Numbered from the stretch's first letter, positions 9,993 through 19,031 are shown. The stretch: DNA of 64,000 bases from Candidatus Eiseniibacteriota bacterium (GCA_963702435.1 CAVPCR010000003.1:96001-160000), one strand, 5' to 3'. Translations and numbers: made by a program. The notes: a model not told the origin generated them from the letters alone.

Positions 9993-10718
9993 ATGCAGCG
10001 GGAGGACACGGCGCACGAGCCTCATCCGGCGATCGTCATCACCACGCTCATCGATGCCCTGCCGTCCCGCGCGCGCGTGCTCGACCTGGGCGCCGGCGGC
10101 GGCACCTTTCCGTATGCGGCCTATCCGCAGCTCGCGATCGCTGCGGCGGAGCTCCGCCCGCGCCCCGGCACCGCCGCCCGCTTTGCCGGACGCCTGGTCA
10201 ACGCGAGTGCGAGCGCCCTCCCCTTCCGCACCGCCGCCTTCGACCTCGTCGTCGCGCACTGGCTCTTCGAGCACGTGGATAACCTCGGCGGAACGCTCGA
10301 CGAGGTCCGCCGCGTGGTGCGGCCGGGCGGGCTCCTGGCCGTGGCCGTGCCCAACTCGAAGAGCTTCGAGGATCGCCTCTATCGTCTGGCGAGCCATGTG
10401 TACAAGTATGCCTTCTTCCACTTCTCGAAGCGGATCGAGCACGTCCAGGTGCTGACGTTCGAGAGCATGGATGCGGAGCTCACGCGGCGAGGGTTCGCGC
10501 TCCTCCGCCATCGGACCGAGGATGCGGGCTACTGCTGGCTCGAGGTCGCCCAGCTCAGACGGTTCCGCCCGGGGTTCCTCCGGGTGTTCGCGTTGCTCCG
10601 CCGCGCCGGCATCGATGTCTTCAGCGGTGCGAACTACCGGTTCCTCTACTGGCTCCCGGAGCCCGGTCAGGCGGCGGCGCCGGCCGGGATCGGCGGCAGC
10701 TATCTCCTCCCGGAGTGA
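9993..10718 (+). CDS. Class I SAM-dependent methyltransferase (Methyltransf_11-like)
   Basis: VLDLGAGGG motif I, ALPFRTAAFDLV, FEHV, RVVRPGGLL. Confidence 0.85.
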   Translation: MQREDTAHEPHPAIVITTLIDALPSRARVLDLGAGGGTFPYAAYPQLAIAAAELRPRPGTAARFAGRLVNASASALPFRTAAFDLVVAHWLFEHVDNLGGTLDEVRRVVRPGGLLAVAVPNSKSFEDRLYRLASHVYKYAFFHFSKRIEHVQVLTFESMDAELTRRGFALLRHRTEDAGYCWLEVAQLRRFRPGFLRVFALLRRAGIDVFSGANYRFLYWLPEPGQAAAPAGIGGSYLLPE

Positions 10719-10761
10719 GGGCGGGCGCGCGGCGATCGGTCGCTTCGCCCGCTGACTCTCG

Positions 10762-10806
10762 GGGGCGCTCTGCGCCGCCCGCGGGGAGGGTCTTTCAACA
10801 GCCTCC
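10762..10806 (-). repeat. Partial copy of a MITE/REP-like short repeat
   Basis: Reverse complement GGAGGCTGTTGAAAGACCCTCCCCGCGGGCGGCGCAGAGCGCCCC matches 17760-17804 at 37/45 positions (manual alignment). Confidence 0.7.
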
Positions 10807-12734
10807 TAGCCGAGGCGGGCGATGAGTTCGTCGAAGGTGGAAACGTCGGCCGGGAAGTGGATCTGGTTCCCGCGCACGTCGAGGGCCGCGCCGGGGAACT
10901 CCTTCTCGACCTGGCCGAGCACGGTGCGCGCGCGCAGCACCATGCGGCCGCCGCCGCGGTCGGTGTGCGGATTGACGACGGCGAAGCGCGCGCGCCCGAG
11001 GCGGGCGAGCGCGTCCATGGCCCGCAGCTGCGACTTGAAGCGGCGGATGAAGGCGGCAATGATGTCATCCGGCGGCGCTGCGCCGTCGGCGCCCTCCAGC
11101 TCGAAGACGGTGAGCAGGAAGGGCACCGCGTAACGCTCGCTCCGTCGCACTTCGGCGCGAAGGAGCGCGGCGAATCCGCGCCGGTCGAGGATGTCGTCGC
11201 CCGGGCTCGGTGCGGCCGCCTCGGCGCCGGCGAGCGCCAGCGCGCCGGCCGCATGGAGGCCGAGCCGCTCGAGGAGGCGTCGTTCGTCCTCGCTCCACAG
11301 CTCGGCCGGGTCCGCGCTGGCCGGGGCGCTGCGGAAGACGGCGAGGGTGCCCAGGCATTCGTTGCCACGCCGGATGGGCGCGGCAAGGCCGTCCACCCGG
11401 CGATCCGCCACCATGAGGCCCGCCTTGATCTGGCTCCTGAGCGCGGCCCGCGCTCCCTGCGCGAGGTCCTCCTCGGCGGCGCGGAGCGCGCCCTCCTCCG
11501 CGGCCAGGGCGGTCGGGAGCGCGGCCACCACCTCGGGCTCGGCGGCACCCGGCAAGCGCAGCACGGCGAATTCGGGACGCAGCTCGCTCGCGATCGCCTC
11601 GCGCAGCGTGGCCACGACATCGGTGCGTTCGGTCGCTGCCGCGATGCGGGCGGCGAGATCGGCCATGCGCTGCGCCTCGGCCTGATCCCGCCTGAGCTGG
11701 GCCACGAGCCCGGCGAGCGAGAGGAGGCGGCCGAGGCGGCGGGCCGTGCGCCGGAGAATCATGAGCCGCTCGTCGCCTTCCTGCGCGGGGAGCCGCAGAT
11801 CGAGGAACCACACGACGCCGGGGACGGCCTCGAGCGGGAAGGCGGCCAGGGCGCGTCGCGGCGCGGCGGCCGCGGGCGCGTGGGTCGTGTCGTGCTTCAC
11901 GTACACCTGCGGCACGCCGGAGGCGAGCGCGAGGCGGGCCACCGTGTCGGGCCCCGCGACCTGGCCCGCGCTCGGACCGGCGGCGACCCACTCGCAGCCC
12001 GGGGCGCGGTCGTTCGGTGGGAGGGCGATGGCGCAGGCGTCGGCGCCGAGGAACTCGGCCCAGACGGCCGCCAGGCGGTGGAGCCTCGCGGCGAGCTCGT
12101 CCTCCCCGGCCAGCATCTCGTCCAGCCCGTCGCGGAGCATGGTCTCGAGTTGCGGCGCGCCGCGCCCGGGACCCGGCTCCGACGCCGGGGCGAGGCCGAG
12201 ATCGCTGTCGGGGGCGGGATCGCGTTCGATCCGGGGCGCCGCGGCGGGCACGAGCGCGCCGGCAGGTGCGAGCCCATCGGCGGGCGGCGGCCAACGGTCG
12301 GCGACGGGCGCTGCGCCGGGGGTTGCAGCAGGTGTCGCGGCCGGCGAAGCGACCGGAGTTGCTTGAGGCGTCGCGGCAGGCGCGAGATCGTCCGGCGAGA
12401 GCACGGCGGCGATCCCGGGATGGATATCGATCTTGAAGCCGTAGCGCTGCGCGGCCTCGCGCGTGGTCAGCACCTCGGCGGCGAGCCCGAGCGCGAGCAC
12501 GGACTCCCTGAGCGCGGCGGGTTCCTCGGGGACGACGACCAGATCGGGGGTCAGCGGCCGCAGCGAATCCACCTCGGTCGCGGTCGGCACGGCCAGGACC
12601 TGGGCGATCTTGTAGGGAGTCGAACCGGCGTCGAAGTGCACGGCGGCGACCACCTCGAGGTCCGGCCGCTGCGTCATGGCCGAGAGGAGCTCGAGCTGCT
12701 CCGGCGTGAGATGGACGAGCCCGACCCTGATCAT
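10806..12734 (-). CDS. Signal-transduction protein: Rossmann-like N-domain, Pro/Ala linker, GAF-like domain(s), degenerate GGDEF-like domain
   Basis: GAF-like LAAPIRRGNECLGTLAVF..WSEDERRLLE. C-terminal LRAEVRRSERYAVPFLL..LRAMDALARLGRARFAVV has GRARF where GGDEF is expected. Confidence 0.7.
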   Translation of the reverse strand: MIRVGLVHLTPEQLELLSAMTQRPDLEVVAAVHFDAGSTPYKIAQVLAVPTATEVDSLRPLTPDLVVVPEEPAALRESVLALGLAAEVLTTREAAQRYGFKIDIHPGIAAVLSPDDLAPAATPQATPVASPAATPAATPGAAPVADRWPPPADGLAPAGALVPAAAPRIERDPAPDSDLGLAPASEPGPGRGAPQLETMLRDGLDEMLAGEDELAARLHRLAAVWAEFLGADACAIALPPNDRAPGCEWVAAGPSAGQVAGPDTVARLALASGVPQVYVKHDTTHAPAAAAPRRALAAFPLEAVPGVVWFLDLRLPAQEGDERLMILRRTARRLGRLLSLAGLVAQLRRDQAEAQRMADLAARIAAATERTDVVATLREAIASELRPEFAVLRLPGAAEPEVVAALPTALAAEEGALRAAEEDLAQGARAALRSQIKAGLMVADRRVDGLAAPIRRGNECLGTLAVFRSAPASADPAELWSEDERRLLERLGLHAAGALALAGAEAAAPSPGDDILDRRGFAALLRAEVRRSERYAVPFLLTVFELEGADGAAPPDDIIAAFIRRFKSQLRAMDALARLGRARFAVVNPHTDRGGGRMVLRARTVLGQVEKEFPGAALDVRGNQIHFPADVSTFDELIARLG

Positions 12735-13396
12735 GCCGCCTCCGTGTCCGCGGCCCGGTCGGTCGCACCGGGCCCGGCGCGCCCGGGACCGCGCTTGTCC
12801 TCGGCGCGCAGATCGAGCATGCGCACGCCGCGCGAGGGCAGGTAATCGGCGCCCAGCGGCTCGGTCGCGCGCTTCAGGCGGCGCAGCACCTCCGCGATGC
12901 GGGACACCGCCGTCTCCAGCGCCCCGAGTCGCGCCGCGGGAATATTGGCGTCACGGCGCAGTAATTCGAGTTCGCCGGAGACGATGGCGAGCGGGTTCGC
13001 GATCTCGTGGCAGACCGCCACCGTGGTCTCGGCGAGCGCGCGCAGGCGCTCGACGCGGAGCCGTGCGGTCACCTCCTCGATCGTGAGGACGAGGCTCCCG
13101 GGCACCGCGGCCGGGCCCGGGACCAGCCGGAGCTGGACGAGGGCCGAGGCCGGCCCCTGGCGGAGGAGGACGGCGGGCTCCTCGACGGCGGCGCCGCGGG
13201 CGCGGGCCTGCTCGGCGTAGGCGCTGAGCGGCACTCCCGGCAGGAGGCCGGCGAGATCGGAGAGCGCGGCGACGCCCGGCGCGATGCGCTCGGCGGCCGT
13301 GTTCCGGAAGAGCGCGCGGCCGTTCGCGGCAAAGAGCCAGACTCCTGCCGTCAGCGCGTCCGCCGCCTGCGCGGCCAGTTCGGTTCGGTTCTCCAT
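12731..13396 (-). CDS. PAS + HisKA (H-box) protein lacking the HATPase domain
   Basis: PAS-like ALTAGVWLFAANGRALFRNTAAERI and H-box VCHEIANPLAIVSG. The ORF ends without N/G1/G2 boxes and its stop overlaps the next start. Confidence 0.75.
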   Translation of the reverse strand: MENRTELAAQAADALTAGVWLFAANGRALFRNTAAERIAPGVAALSDLAGLLPGVPLSAYAEQARARGAAVEEPAVLLRQGPASALVQLRLVPGPAAVPGSLVLTIEEVTARLRVERLRALAETTVAVCHEIANPLAIVSGELELLRRDANIPAARLGALETAVSRIAEVLRRLKRATEPLGADYLPSRGVRMLDLRAEDKRGPGRAGPGATDRAADTEAA

Positions 13397-13421
13397 CAGG
13401 GGGCCATTACCTGCCGCCGTT

Positions 13422-15683
13422 TCAGGGAGCCACCGCTCGCGCGGCTCCCTCGTTGCCCTGAGCATCAGCTGCACGCACGAGCACTGCTTCCCCGGCACCA
13501 TCCCGTCCCGGTTCGACCGGCGAGGTGAGTCCGGCCGCGCGCGAGCGCGTCGCCGCGAGAGCGAGATCGATCTCGAAGCGGAAGCTCTCCGCGCGCGAGT
13601 CGAAGATGCCGTCGGTCGGGAACACGGTCTCCCAGATCCGGGCATCGAGCGAGTACTCGAGCGCCCGGAGCGGGCTCAGCTCGTCCTCGACCTCGGCGTT
13701 CACGCGCAGTCGCTCCGGCCCCGCCCGCTCGACACGGAGCGTCGAGACCTTGGGCGGCGTGTTGTCGACGAGGAACGAGTTCGAGTCGAGCGCATCATCG
13801 AGCGCCGAGTGGTCCGGGTTCGAACGCCGGTCGCTGGCGATCACTTTGAGACGGTATTCGCCGTCCGGAAGCCCGGCCGTGCCGAAGGCGTGAGCCTGGT
13901 CCGGCACCCGCTCCGCGAGCGGGCGCCAGCGGCTCTCCTCCTCCCCGCGCAGGAAGAGGTCGAATTCGAGACGGTCGCCATTAGGATCGTCGGCCACCCA
14001 GTTGACGACCTTGACGTCCCGGAGCCATGGTACCTGGTCCCGGCGGAGCGGTTTCGGCGGCTGCCGGGGCCGCGAGAACTCGGCCTGGACCCCGTTCGGC
14101 ATGTTCACGGTGACCCGATCCGGCGGCCCGTCGCCCGGCTCCGCCATCAGGCGATCGGTCGGCTCGCTGACCTCGACGATCCGGATGCGCGGCGCCAGGT
14201 TCTCCTGCCGGTATGGAACGACGACCCGCGCGAGATCGGGCGATCTGGTCTCGGAGCCCGTGAGCGTGGCTTGCCACTGCACGAAGCGGGCGGGCGGGCT
14301 CGTGATGAGGGCTCCCTCCGCGCCGGTCAGCGGGGCCGACCACTCGCTCCAGGAATCGTCGGGTTTTCCCGTGTTACCGCTGCGCGTGCGGAGCTCGATC
14401 GCGGTGCCGGCCGGCCGTTCCCCCTCGTAGCGGAGCCGGCCCCAGGCCGCCACGTTCCCGGCATCGAAGGGCTCGGCCGTGATCGTGCCCGTCTTCTCGA
14501 CCGCTGGTCCCAGGCGGTAGATGCGGGCCGGATTCGCGGTGCCGAAGAGGATCCCCTGCTCGCTCCGGCAGAGCGAGAGCACCTGCGACTCGTCGGTCTC
14601 GAGGAGGCGCGTGCCGTTCCCGCGCGCGTCCACCGCGTAGATCGCGCCGGGATCGCCGGTGCCGGCGATGAACCCGCCGTCCTGCTCCGGGATGAGACAG
14701 AGCACCATGTTCTCGGTGGCGCGCCACAGCTCGATCGTGGCGCCGGCCGGCGTGCGGCGGTAGACGACGCCGCGCCCGGGCGGCGGCGCCTCGCGCTCGC
14801 GGCGCCGGCCGCTTCGCTCGTCGTCCCCATCCTCGCTGGAGCTGCCCTGGCGCGACGGGCGCACCTCGATCACCTCCCCGCCTACCGGCATGTCGGGCTC
14901 GTCGCGGCGCGCCGCGCTGCCGGTGGCGGCGATGAGGAGATTCCCCGCCGCGTCCCGGGCCAGAGCCTTGATCTCCTCCTCGCGCGCGTCGTAGAGGACG
15001 CGCGCCGTGCCCTGTGCCGTGATCTCGAGCACGAGACCCGAGCCGGACGTGCCGACGATCCAGCTCCCGGCCGATCCGGGGAGGAGACAGAGGAGGTGCA
15101 CCTCGTCCGAGTCGTAGACGACCGTGGCCTCTCCGCTCCGGTTCACGCGATAGAGGCGCCCCGCGTCGCCGGTCGCGGCATAGAGATCGCCCTTCGCGTC
15201 GATCGCGAGCGCCCACACGTAGCCTTCCGGCAGATCGCAGAAGGTCTCGGCCTTGCCGCCCGCGATGCGCAGGATCACGCCGTCGGGCGAGCCGCCGGCG
15301 TACACGGCGCCGTCCGGTCCGACGGCCACCGAGAGGATCTCGAGCTCGATCGAGTCGTGGAGGGTCGTGCCCTTGCCGCTCCGCGGCACTTCGACGACAA
15401 GCCCGCCGTCCCCCGTGCCGCCGTAGACCTTCCCGTCCCGGGCGGCCGCGAGCGACCAGATGTAGCTCTCGCCCGGCTCGAGCGCGAGGTCGAGCCGCGG
15501 GGCGAGGCGCGCCACGCCGCGGGCGGTGACCGAGATCCTCTCGGTCTCGGTCTGCATGAGATCGATCGGGCCGCTCACCTCCCAGTTCGCGGTGTCCACC
15601 GCGGGCGCGGGCGCGACTCCGAGTGCGATGGCCGCGAGCGCCAGGATTCCGGAGGCCACGGTCTGTCGAGGCAGTCTCACCAT
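13422..15683 (-). CDS. Secreted beta-propeller protein with C-terminal Fn3/Ig-like region
   Basis: Signal peptide, then repeated blades (YIWSLAAARDGKVYGGTG, ILSVAVGPDGAVYAGG, YVWALAIDAKGDLYAATG), then ELRTRSGNT..PD..WSEWS, WVADDPNGDRL, LPDGEYRLKVIASD. Confidence 0.8.
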   Translation of the reverse strand: MVRLPRQTVASGILALAAIALGVAPAPAVDTANWEVSGPIDLMQTETERISVTARGVARLAPRLDLALEPGESYIWSLAAARDGKVYGGTGDGGLVVEVPRSGKGTTLHDSIELEILSVAVGPDGAVYAGGSPDGVILRIAGGKAETFCDLPEGYVWALAIDAKGDLYAATGDAGRLYRVNRSGEATVVYDSDEVHLLCLLPGSAGSWIVGTSGSGLVLEITAQGTARVLYDAREEEIKALARDAAGNLLIAATGSAARRDEPDMPVGGEVIEVRPSRQGSSSEDGDDERSGRRREREAPPPGRGVVYRRTPAGATIELWRATENMVLCLIPEQDGGFIAGTGDPGAIYAVDARGNGTRLLETDESQVLSLCRSEQGILFGTANPARIYRLGPAVEKTGTITAEPFDAGNVAAWGRLRYEGERPAGTAIELRTRSGNTGKPDDSWSEWSAPLTGAEGALITSPPARFVQWQATLTGSETRSPDLARVVVPYRQENLAPRIRIVEVSEPTDRLMAEPGDGPPDRVTVNMPNGVQAEFSRPRQPPKPLRRDQVPWLRDVKVVNWVADDPNGDRLEFDLFLRGEEESRWRPLAERVPDQAHAFGTAGLPDGEYRLKVIASDRRSNPDHSALDDALDSNSFLVDNTPPKVSTLRVERAGPERLRVNAEVEDELSPLRALEYSLDARIWETVFPTDGIFDSRAESFRFEIDLALAATRSRAAGLTSPVEPGRDGAGEAVLVRAADAQGNEGAARAVAP

Positions 15684-15703
15684 CTTCTCCCTCATCTCCT
15701 CCC

Positions 15704-17635
15704 TCATCTCCTCCCTCCGGCCGCGGCGCTCTGCTCTTTGATCTCGAGATGCATCTCCTGGCAACCGTCCAGCTGATAGTCCGTCGTCACCTGCTCCTCG
15801 TGGAGCAACCGGCCCCAGCTGCCGCTGCGGCCTCCGGTCCGGCGGTTCGAATCCATGATCCGAAAGACGCTGCCCGGCAATCCCTGCATCTCCCGTCCGT
15901 CGACGACGACGCCGCGGGCGTCGCCGTGCAGCGTGACGCGCATCCGCTGGCGGCCGCTCCCCTCCTCGACGAGGGTGACGAGCTGGGCGAGGTCGGCCGG
16001 CGCGAACCGTCGCGGGGCGCGTTCGGACTCGAAGCGCGCCGCCTCGTCGGCCGAGCAGAAGCGGAGCAGGGCCGGCCCCGGCTCCGCGTCCGCGGGCACG
16101 GGGATGGTGAGCTCGATCGCTCGCCGCGGCGCGGCGCGCGGGTTCAGGAAGACGGTGGCCCGGATCGACTCGCCGGGCTCGATCTCCTCGCGATCGACGA
16201 TGACCTCATCGATCTCGGCGGCGGCGATCTCCGGGCGCGTGCGGATCTCGACCGCGACCCGCCGGACATCCACCGGGGGAAGATCGTTGAACAGGAGCGC
16301 CGTCACCGGCGCCGAGACCGCCTCGGCGAGGCTCGCCGGCGCCTGGGCGGACGCGATGACGTCCCTGACCCGCAGCCGGGTCGAGTCGGCGAGGTCCACG
16401 GCGATATCGAGATCGAGCGTGGCATCGCCGAAGGCCTTCTCCTCCGCGGTGAAGCTGTTCACGGCGAGGATGCCGACGAACTGGGAGAGGAAGAACTTGT
16501 TGCGCACGATCTCGAAGCCGTAGTCGCGCGTCGCGCCGTCGAGCCCGTGGATGCGCACGGTCATCGGCACGAGCGAGGACTCCGGGCCGACACGTCCCGC
16601 GATGCCGGCGAGCTGATCGCGCGTGATATGACCGACCGGGAGGGCGGCCCTCCCGATCACGAAGGAGATGTTCTGCGAGGGGTAGACCGTGAGGACCTCG
16701 GCGGTCGTCATCGGCAGGTCCACTGCTCCCGCCTGGAACATGGGGTGCCCGAAGGCGAGCACGCGGTCGCCGTCGACATGGGTGATCGTGCCGAGGGCCG
16801 TGGCCTCGACGTCGCCGCGCACGAGCTGTACGCCGAGGAGCGAACCGGGGGCGAGCGCGGTCGCGCCCGGCGCTCCGGCGGCACTCGTGCCGTCCGTGGT
16901 GCTCGTGCCGCCCGTGGCGCCTTGAGTCCCCGTGCTGCCCGACGCGCCGCCGCTCACTCCCTCGACCCCGAAGCCGGCCAGGACCTCGCTCATCGCCGCG
17001 CGCGCCTGCGCCGTGAAACCGGCGAGGATGAGCGGGGTGGCGATCGGACGCAGGTCGGTGCCCGCGGCGGCGAGACGGGATCCGGGTCCGGGGCTCGCGC
17101 CGAGCGATCCTCCGCCCGGCAGCGGGCTCTCGATCGGCGCTCCGGCGAGGAGATCGAGCATCTGGCCGATCGGCGTCACGCCGGCGATCGGCCGCTCGGC
17201 GAATCCCCCGAGGTTGTAGGCGATCGCTCCGGCCAGGCGGCCGTCCAGGTACACGGGGCTTCCCGACATCCCGCGATAGATGCCGGTCTCGGCCAGCGGA
17301 CCGCCGTGGGCTTCGATGACGATGAGGTCACCCCCGGGCGACCAGTTCCGGAGTACGCCGAGCACCTCGACGTCGAACTCCTCGATGCCGCGCGGCGAGA
17401 ATGTCGTGCGCCCGCGACCGCGCATGCCGGGCCGGATCTCGCCGACGCCGATGAATCGCGTGCGATCGAGTGCGGCATCGCGGGCCGCGACCGCCGGCGC
17501 GAGGGGCGCTCCGGCGGCGGCATCCCCCGATCCCGGCAGGACCGCGAGCGCAACGCCGGCGGCGACGAGAAGAGCGAGGCGCGCGGCGCGCCGGCGCCGG
17601 GCGGCGCGGCGGCCGGACCATCCTGTGGATCGCAT
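15704..17635 (-). CDS. SpoIVB-like peptidase S55 domain protein, exported
   Basis: Signal peptide, TGIYRGMSGSPVYLDGRLAGAIAY (catalytic Ser motif) and LGTITHVDGDRVLAFGHPM (His motif). Confidence 0.88.
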   Translation of the reverse strand: MRSTGWSGRRAARRRRAARLALLVAAGVALAVLPGSGDAAAGAPLAPAVAARDAALDRTRFIGVGEIRPGMRGRGRTTFSPRGIEEFDVEVLGVLRNWSPGGDLIVIEAHGGPLAETGIYRGMSGSPVYLDGRLAGAIAYNLGGFAERPIAGVTPIGQMLDLLAGAPIESPLPGGGSLGASPGPGSRLAAAGTDLRPIATPLILAGFTAQARAAMSEVLAGFGVEGVSGGASGSTGTQGATGGTSTTDGTSAAGAPGATALAPGSLLGVQLVRGDVEATALGTITHVDGDRVLAFGHPMFQAGAVDLPMTTAEVLTVYPSQNISFVIGRAALPVGHITRDQLAGIAGRVGPESSLVPMTVRIHGLDGATRDYGFEIVRNKFFLSQFVGILAVNSFTAEEKAFGDATLDLDIAVDLADSTRLRVRDVIASAQAPASLAEAVSAPVTALLFNDLPPVDVRRVAVEIRTRPEIAAAEIDEVIVDREEIEPGESIRATVFLNPRAAPRRAIELTIPVPADAEPGPALLRFCSADEAARFESERAPRRFAPADLAQLVTLVEEGSGRQRMRVTLHGDARGVVVDGREMQGLPGSVFRIMDSNRRTGGRSGSWGRLLHEEQVTTDYQLDGCQEMHLEIKEQSAAAGGRR

Positions 17636-17759
17636 GGACCTCCCTCGGTTGCGCGCACCCCGCGGTGCCGGCGTGAGGCGCGGGGCTCCGTCCCGTGGTT
17701 ATCGGCCGCCTGACGCCGGCCCTTGGCATCTCCCGCTGGAAGCTCGAGCCCGGGGCTCG

Positions 17760-17838
17760 GGAGGCTGCTGAGAAACCCTCCTCGCGTGCGGCGCACGGCG
17801 CTCCAGGCGAGGAGACTCGCGGCTTCTGAGCAGCCTCC
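17760..17838. mobile_element. 79-bp MITE/REP-like element with 15-bp terminal inverted repeats
   Basis: GGAGGCTGCTGAGAA...TTCTGAGCAGCCTCC (1 mismatch), internal CTCCTCGC/GCGAGGAG stem, related copy at 10762-10806. Confidence 0.6.
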
Positions 17839-17879
17839 AAACCGGTGAAGCCGGCAGTCCGTTCAATCTGGACGGGCCG

Positions 17880-19031
17880 CTAGGCCTTGGCCCTTCCGTT
17901 CGTACGGTAACGGAGAAGGGCGGCGATTCCACCCGCCGCTTCGAGATCCGGCTCCCCGTCCACCTCGACGACCGCCACCGATCTCGCCAGGGCTCGGTCC
18001 ACGAGTTCCTCGACGATGTCCGGGACGGGCAGGAGACCGCCCCCGCATTCCGGACAGGCCGGCCCTTCGATGGCCAGGCCGGGACAGTCGCTGCAGGCGA
18101 GGCCGGGGCGCACGAGCCCCGGCGCGATGGCGAGCGTGGCCACCTGGCCCCGCCCGAAGGCGCCGAGCACGGGCTTGAGGCCGACGGCGGCGAGCCCCGA
18201 CCCCTCGCGATCGCGGAGGGCGATGCGGGCGACGCGCAGTGCGGATTCCTGCTCGTGACGGCGCACCTCTGCCGAGACACGGGCGAGGACCTCCGCCGGC
18301 GGCGATTCGGGCCCGAGCGCGAGCCGGGCGATGATCCGCTCGCGCAGCGCCCCCGGCATGCAGGCGTCCAGCTCGGCGAGCACGTCGGGCGGGCCGCCCA
18401 CGAGGAGGAGCGGGTCCGGCTCGGCGCGGACCGCGTCCGCCGTGCGTTCGGCGACGAGCTTCGCGAAGTGGTGCAGGCGATCGTCGGCATGGCGCTCGAG
18501 CCGTCGCTCCGCGCATCCGGCGAAGGTGCCGCCCTTCACCTCGGGCGGCACATCGCCGGTCAGCCGGGCGAGTCCCCGCATCTCGCCGACGGCGATCGCC
18601 GCGAGCGATGCGTGATCGCGCGCCATGAGGACGACGATCGCCGGCCGAAACTGGCCGAGGAGGCGCGTGAGCGGCCGCACGTGGGCGTGCGTGTCCACGA
18701 TCAGGCGATCGCGCACCGGCTGGGCCAGCGCATGGAAGCGCCAGAGCTTCGCGCCGGCCGATGAGAAGACGGCGACGCCGCGGGCGCCATGGCGGTCGAA
18801 GTGCTGGACAAAGCGGAGCAGGGCCGCGAAGTCCAGCTCCACGGAGTCGCGCTGCGGGCGCGAGAGCGGGCGCGTGGCGAGCTCCGCGCGTTGCTTCTTG
18901 ATCAGGTCCTTGATGAGGATGTCGGCCTTTTTCTTGTCGCGGCCGCCGTCGAGGGTCAGAAAGAGCGTCGTGACCGGAAACACCTCGCCGCGCAGGCGAG
19001 CCAGTTCATGAACCTGCTCGAGCGTGATCAT
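17880..19031 (-). CDS. Bacterial archaeo-eukaryotic release factor (baeRF/eRF1-like) protein with a Zn ribbon
   Basis: VTTLFL, RGVAVFS..LW, HVRPL, RLERH..HHFAKLVAE, LLLVGGP, GLKPVLGAFGRGQVATL, CSDC..CPECG, DIVEELVDRAL..V.VV..GGIAALLRY (eRF1 domain-3-like end). GAGGAGG SD. Confidence 0.85.
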   Translation of the reverse strand: MITLEQVHELARLRGEVFPVTTLFLTLDGGRDKKKADILIKDLIKKQRAELATRPLSRPQRDSVELDFAALLRFVQHFDRHGARGVAVFSSAGAKLWRFHALAQPVRDRLIVDTHAHVRPLTRLLGQFRPAIVVLMARDHASLAAIAVGEMRGLARLTGDVPPEVKGGTFAGCAERRLERHADDRLHHFAKLVAERTADAVRAEPDPLLLVGGPPDVLAELDACMPGALRERIIARLALGPESPPAEVLARVSAEVRRHEQESALRVARIALRDREGSGLAAVGLKPVLGAFGRGQVATLAIAPGLVRPGLACSDCPGLAIEGPACPECGGGLLPVPDIVEELVDRALARSVAVVEVDGEPDLEAAGGIAALLRYRTNGRAKA

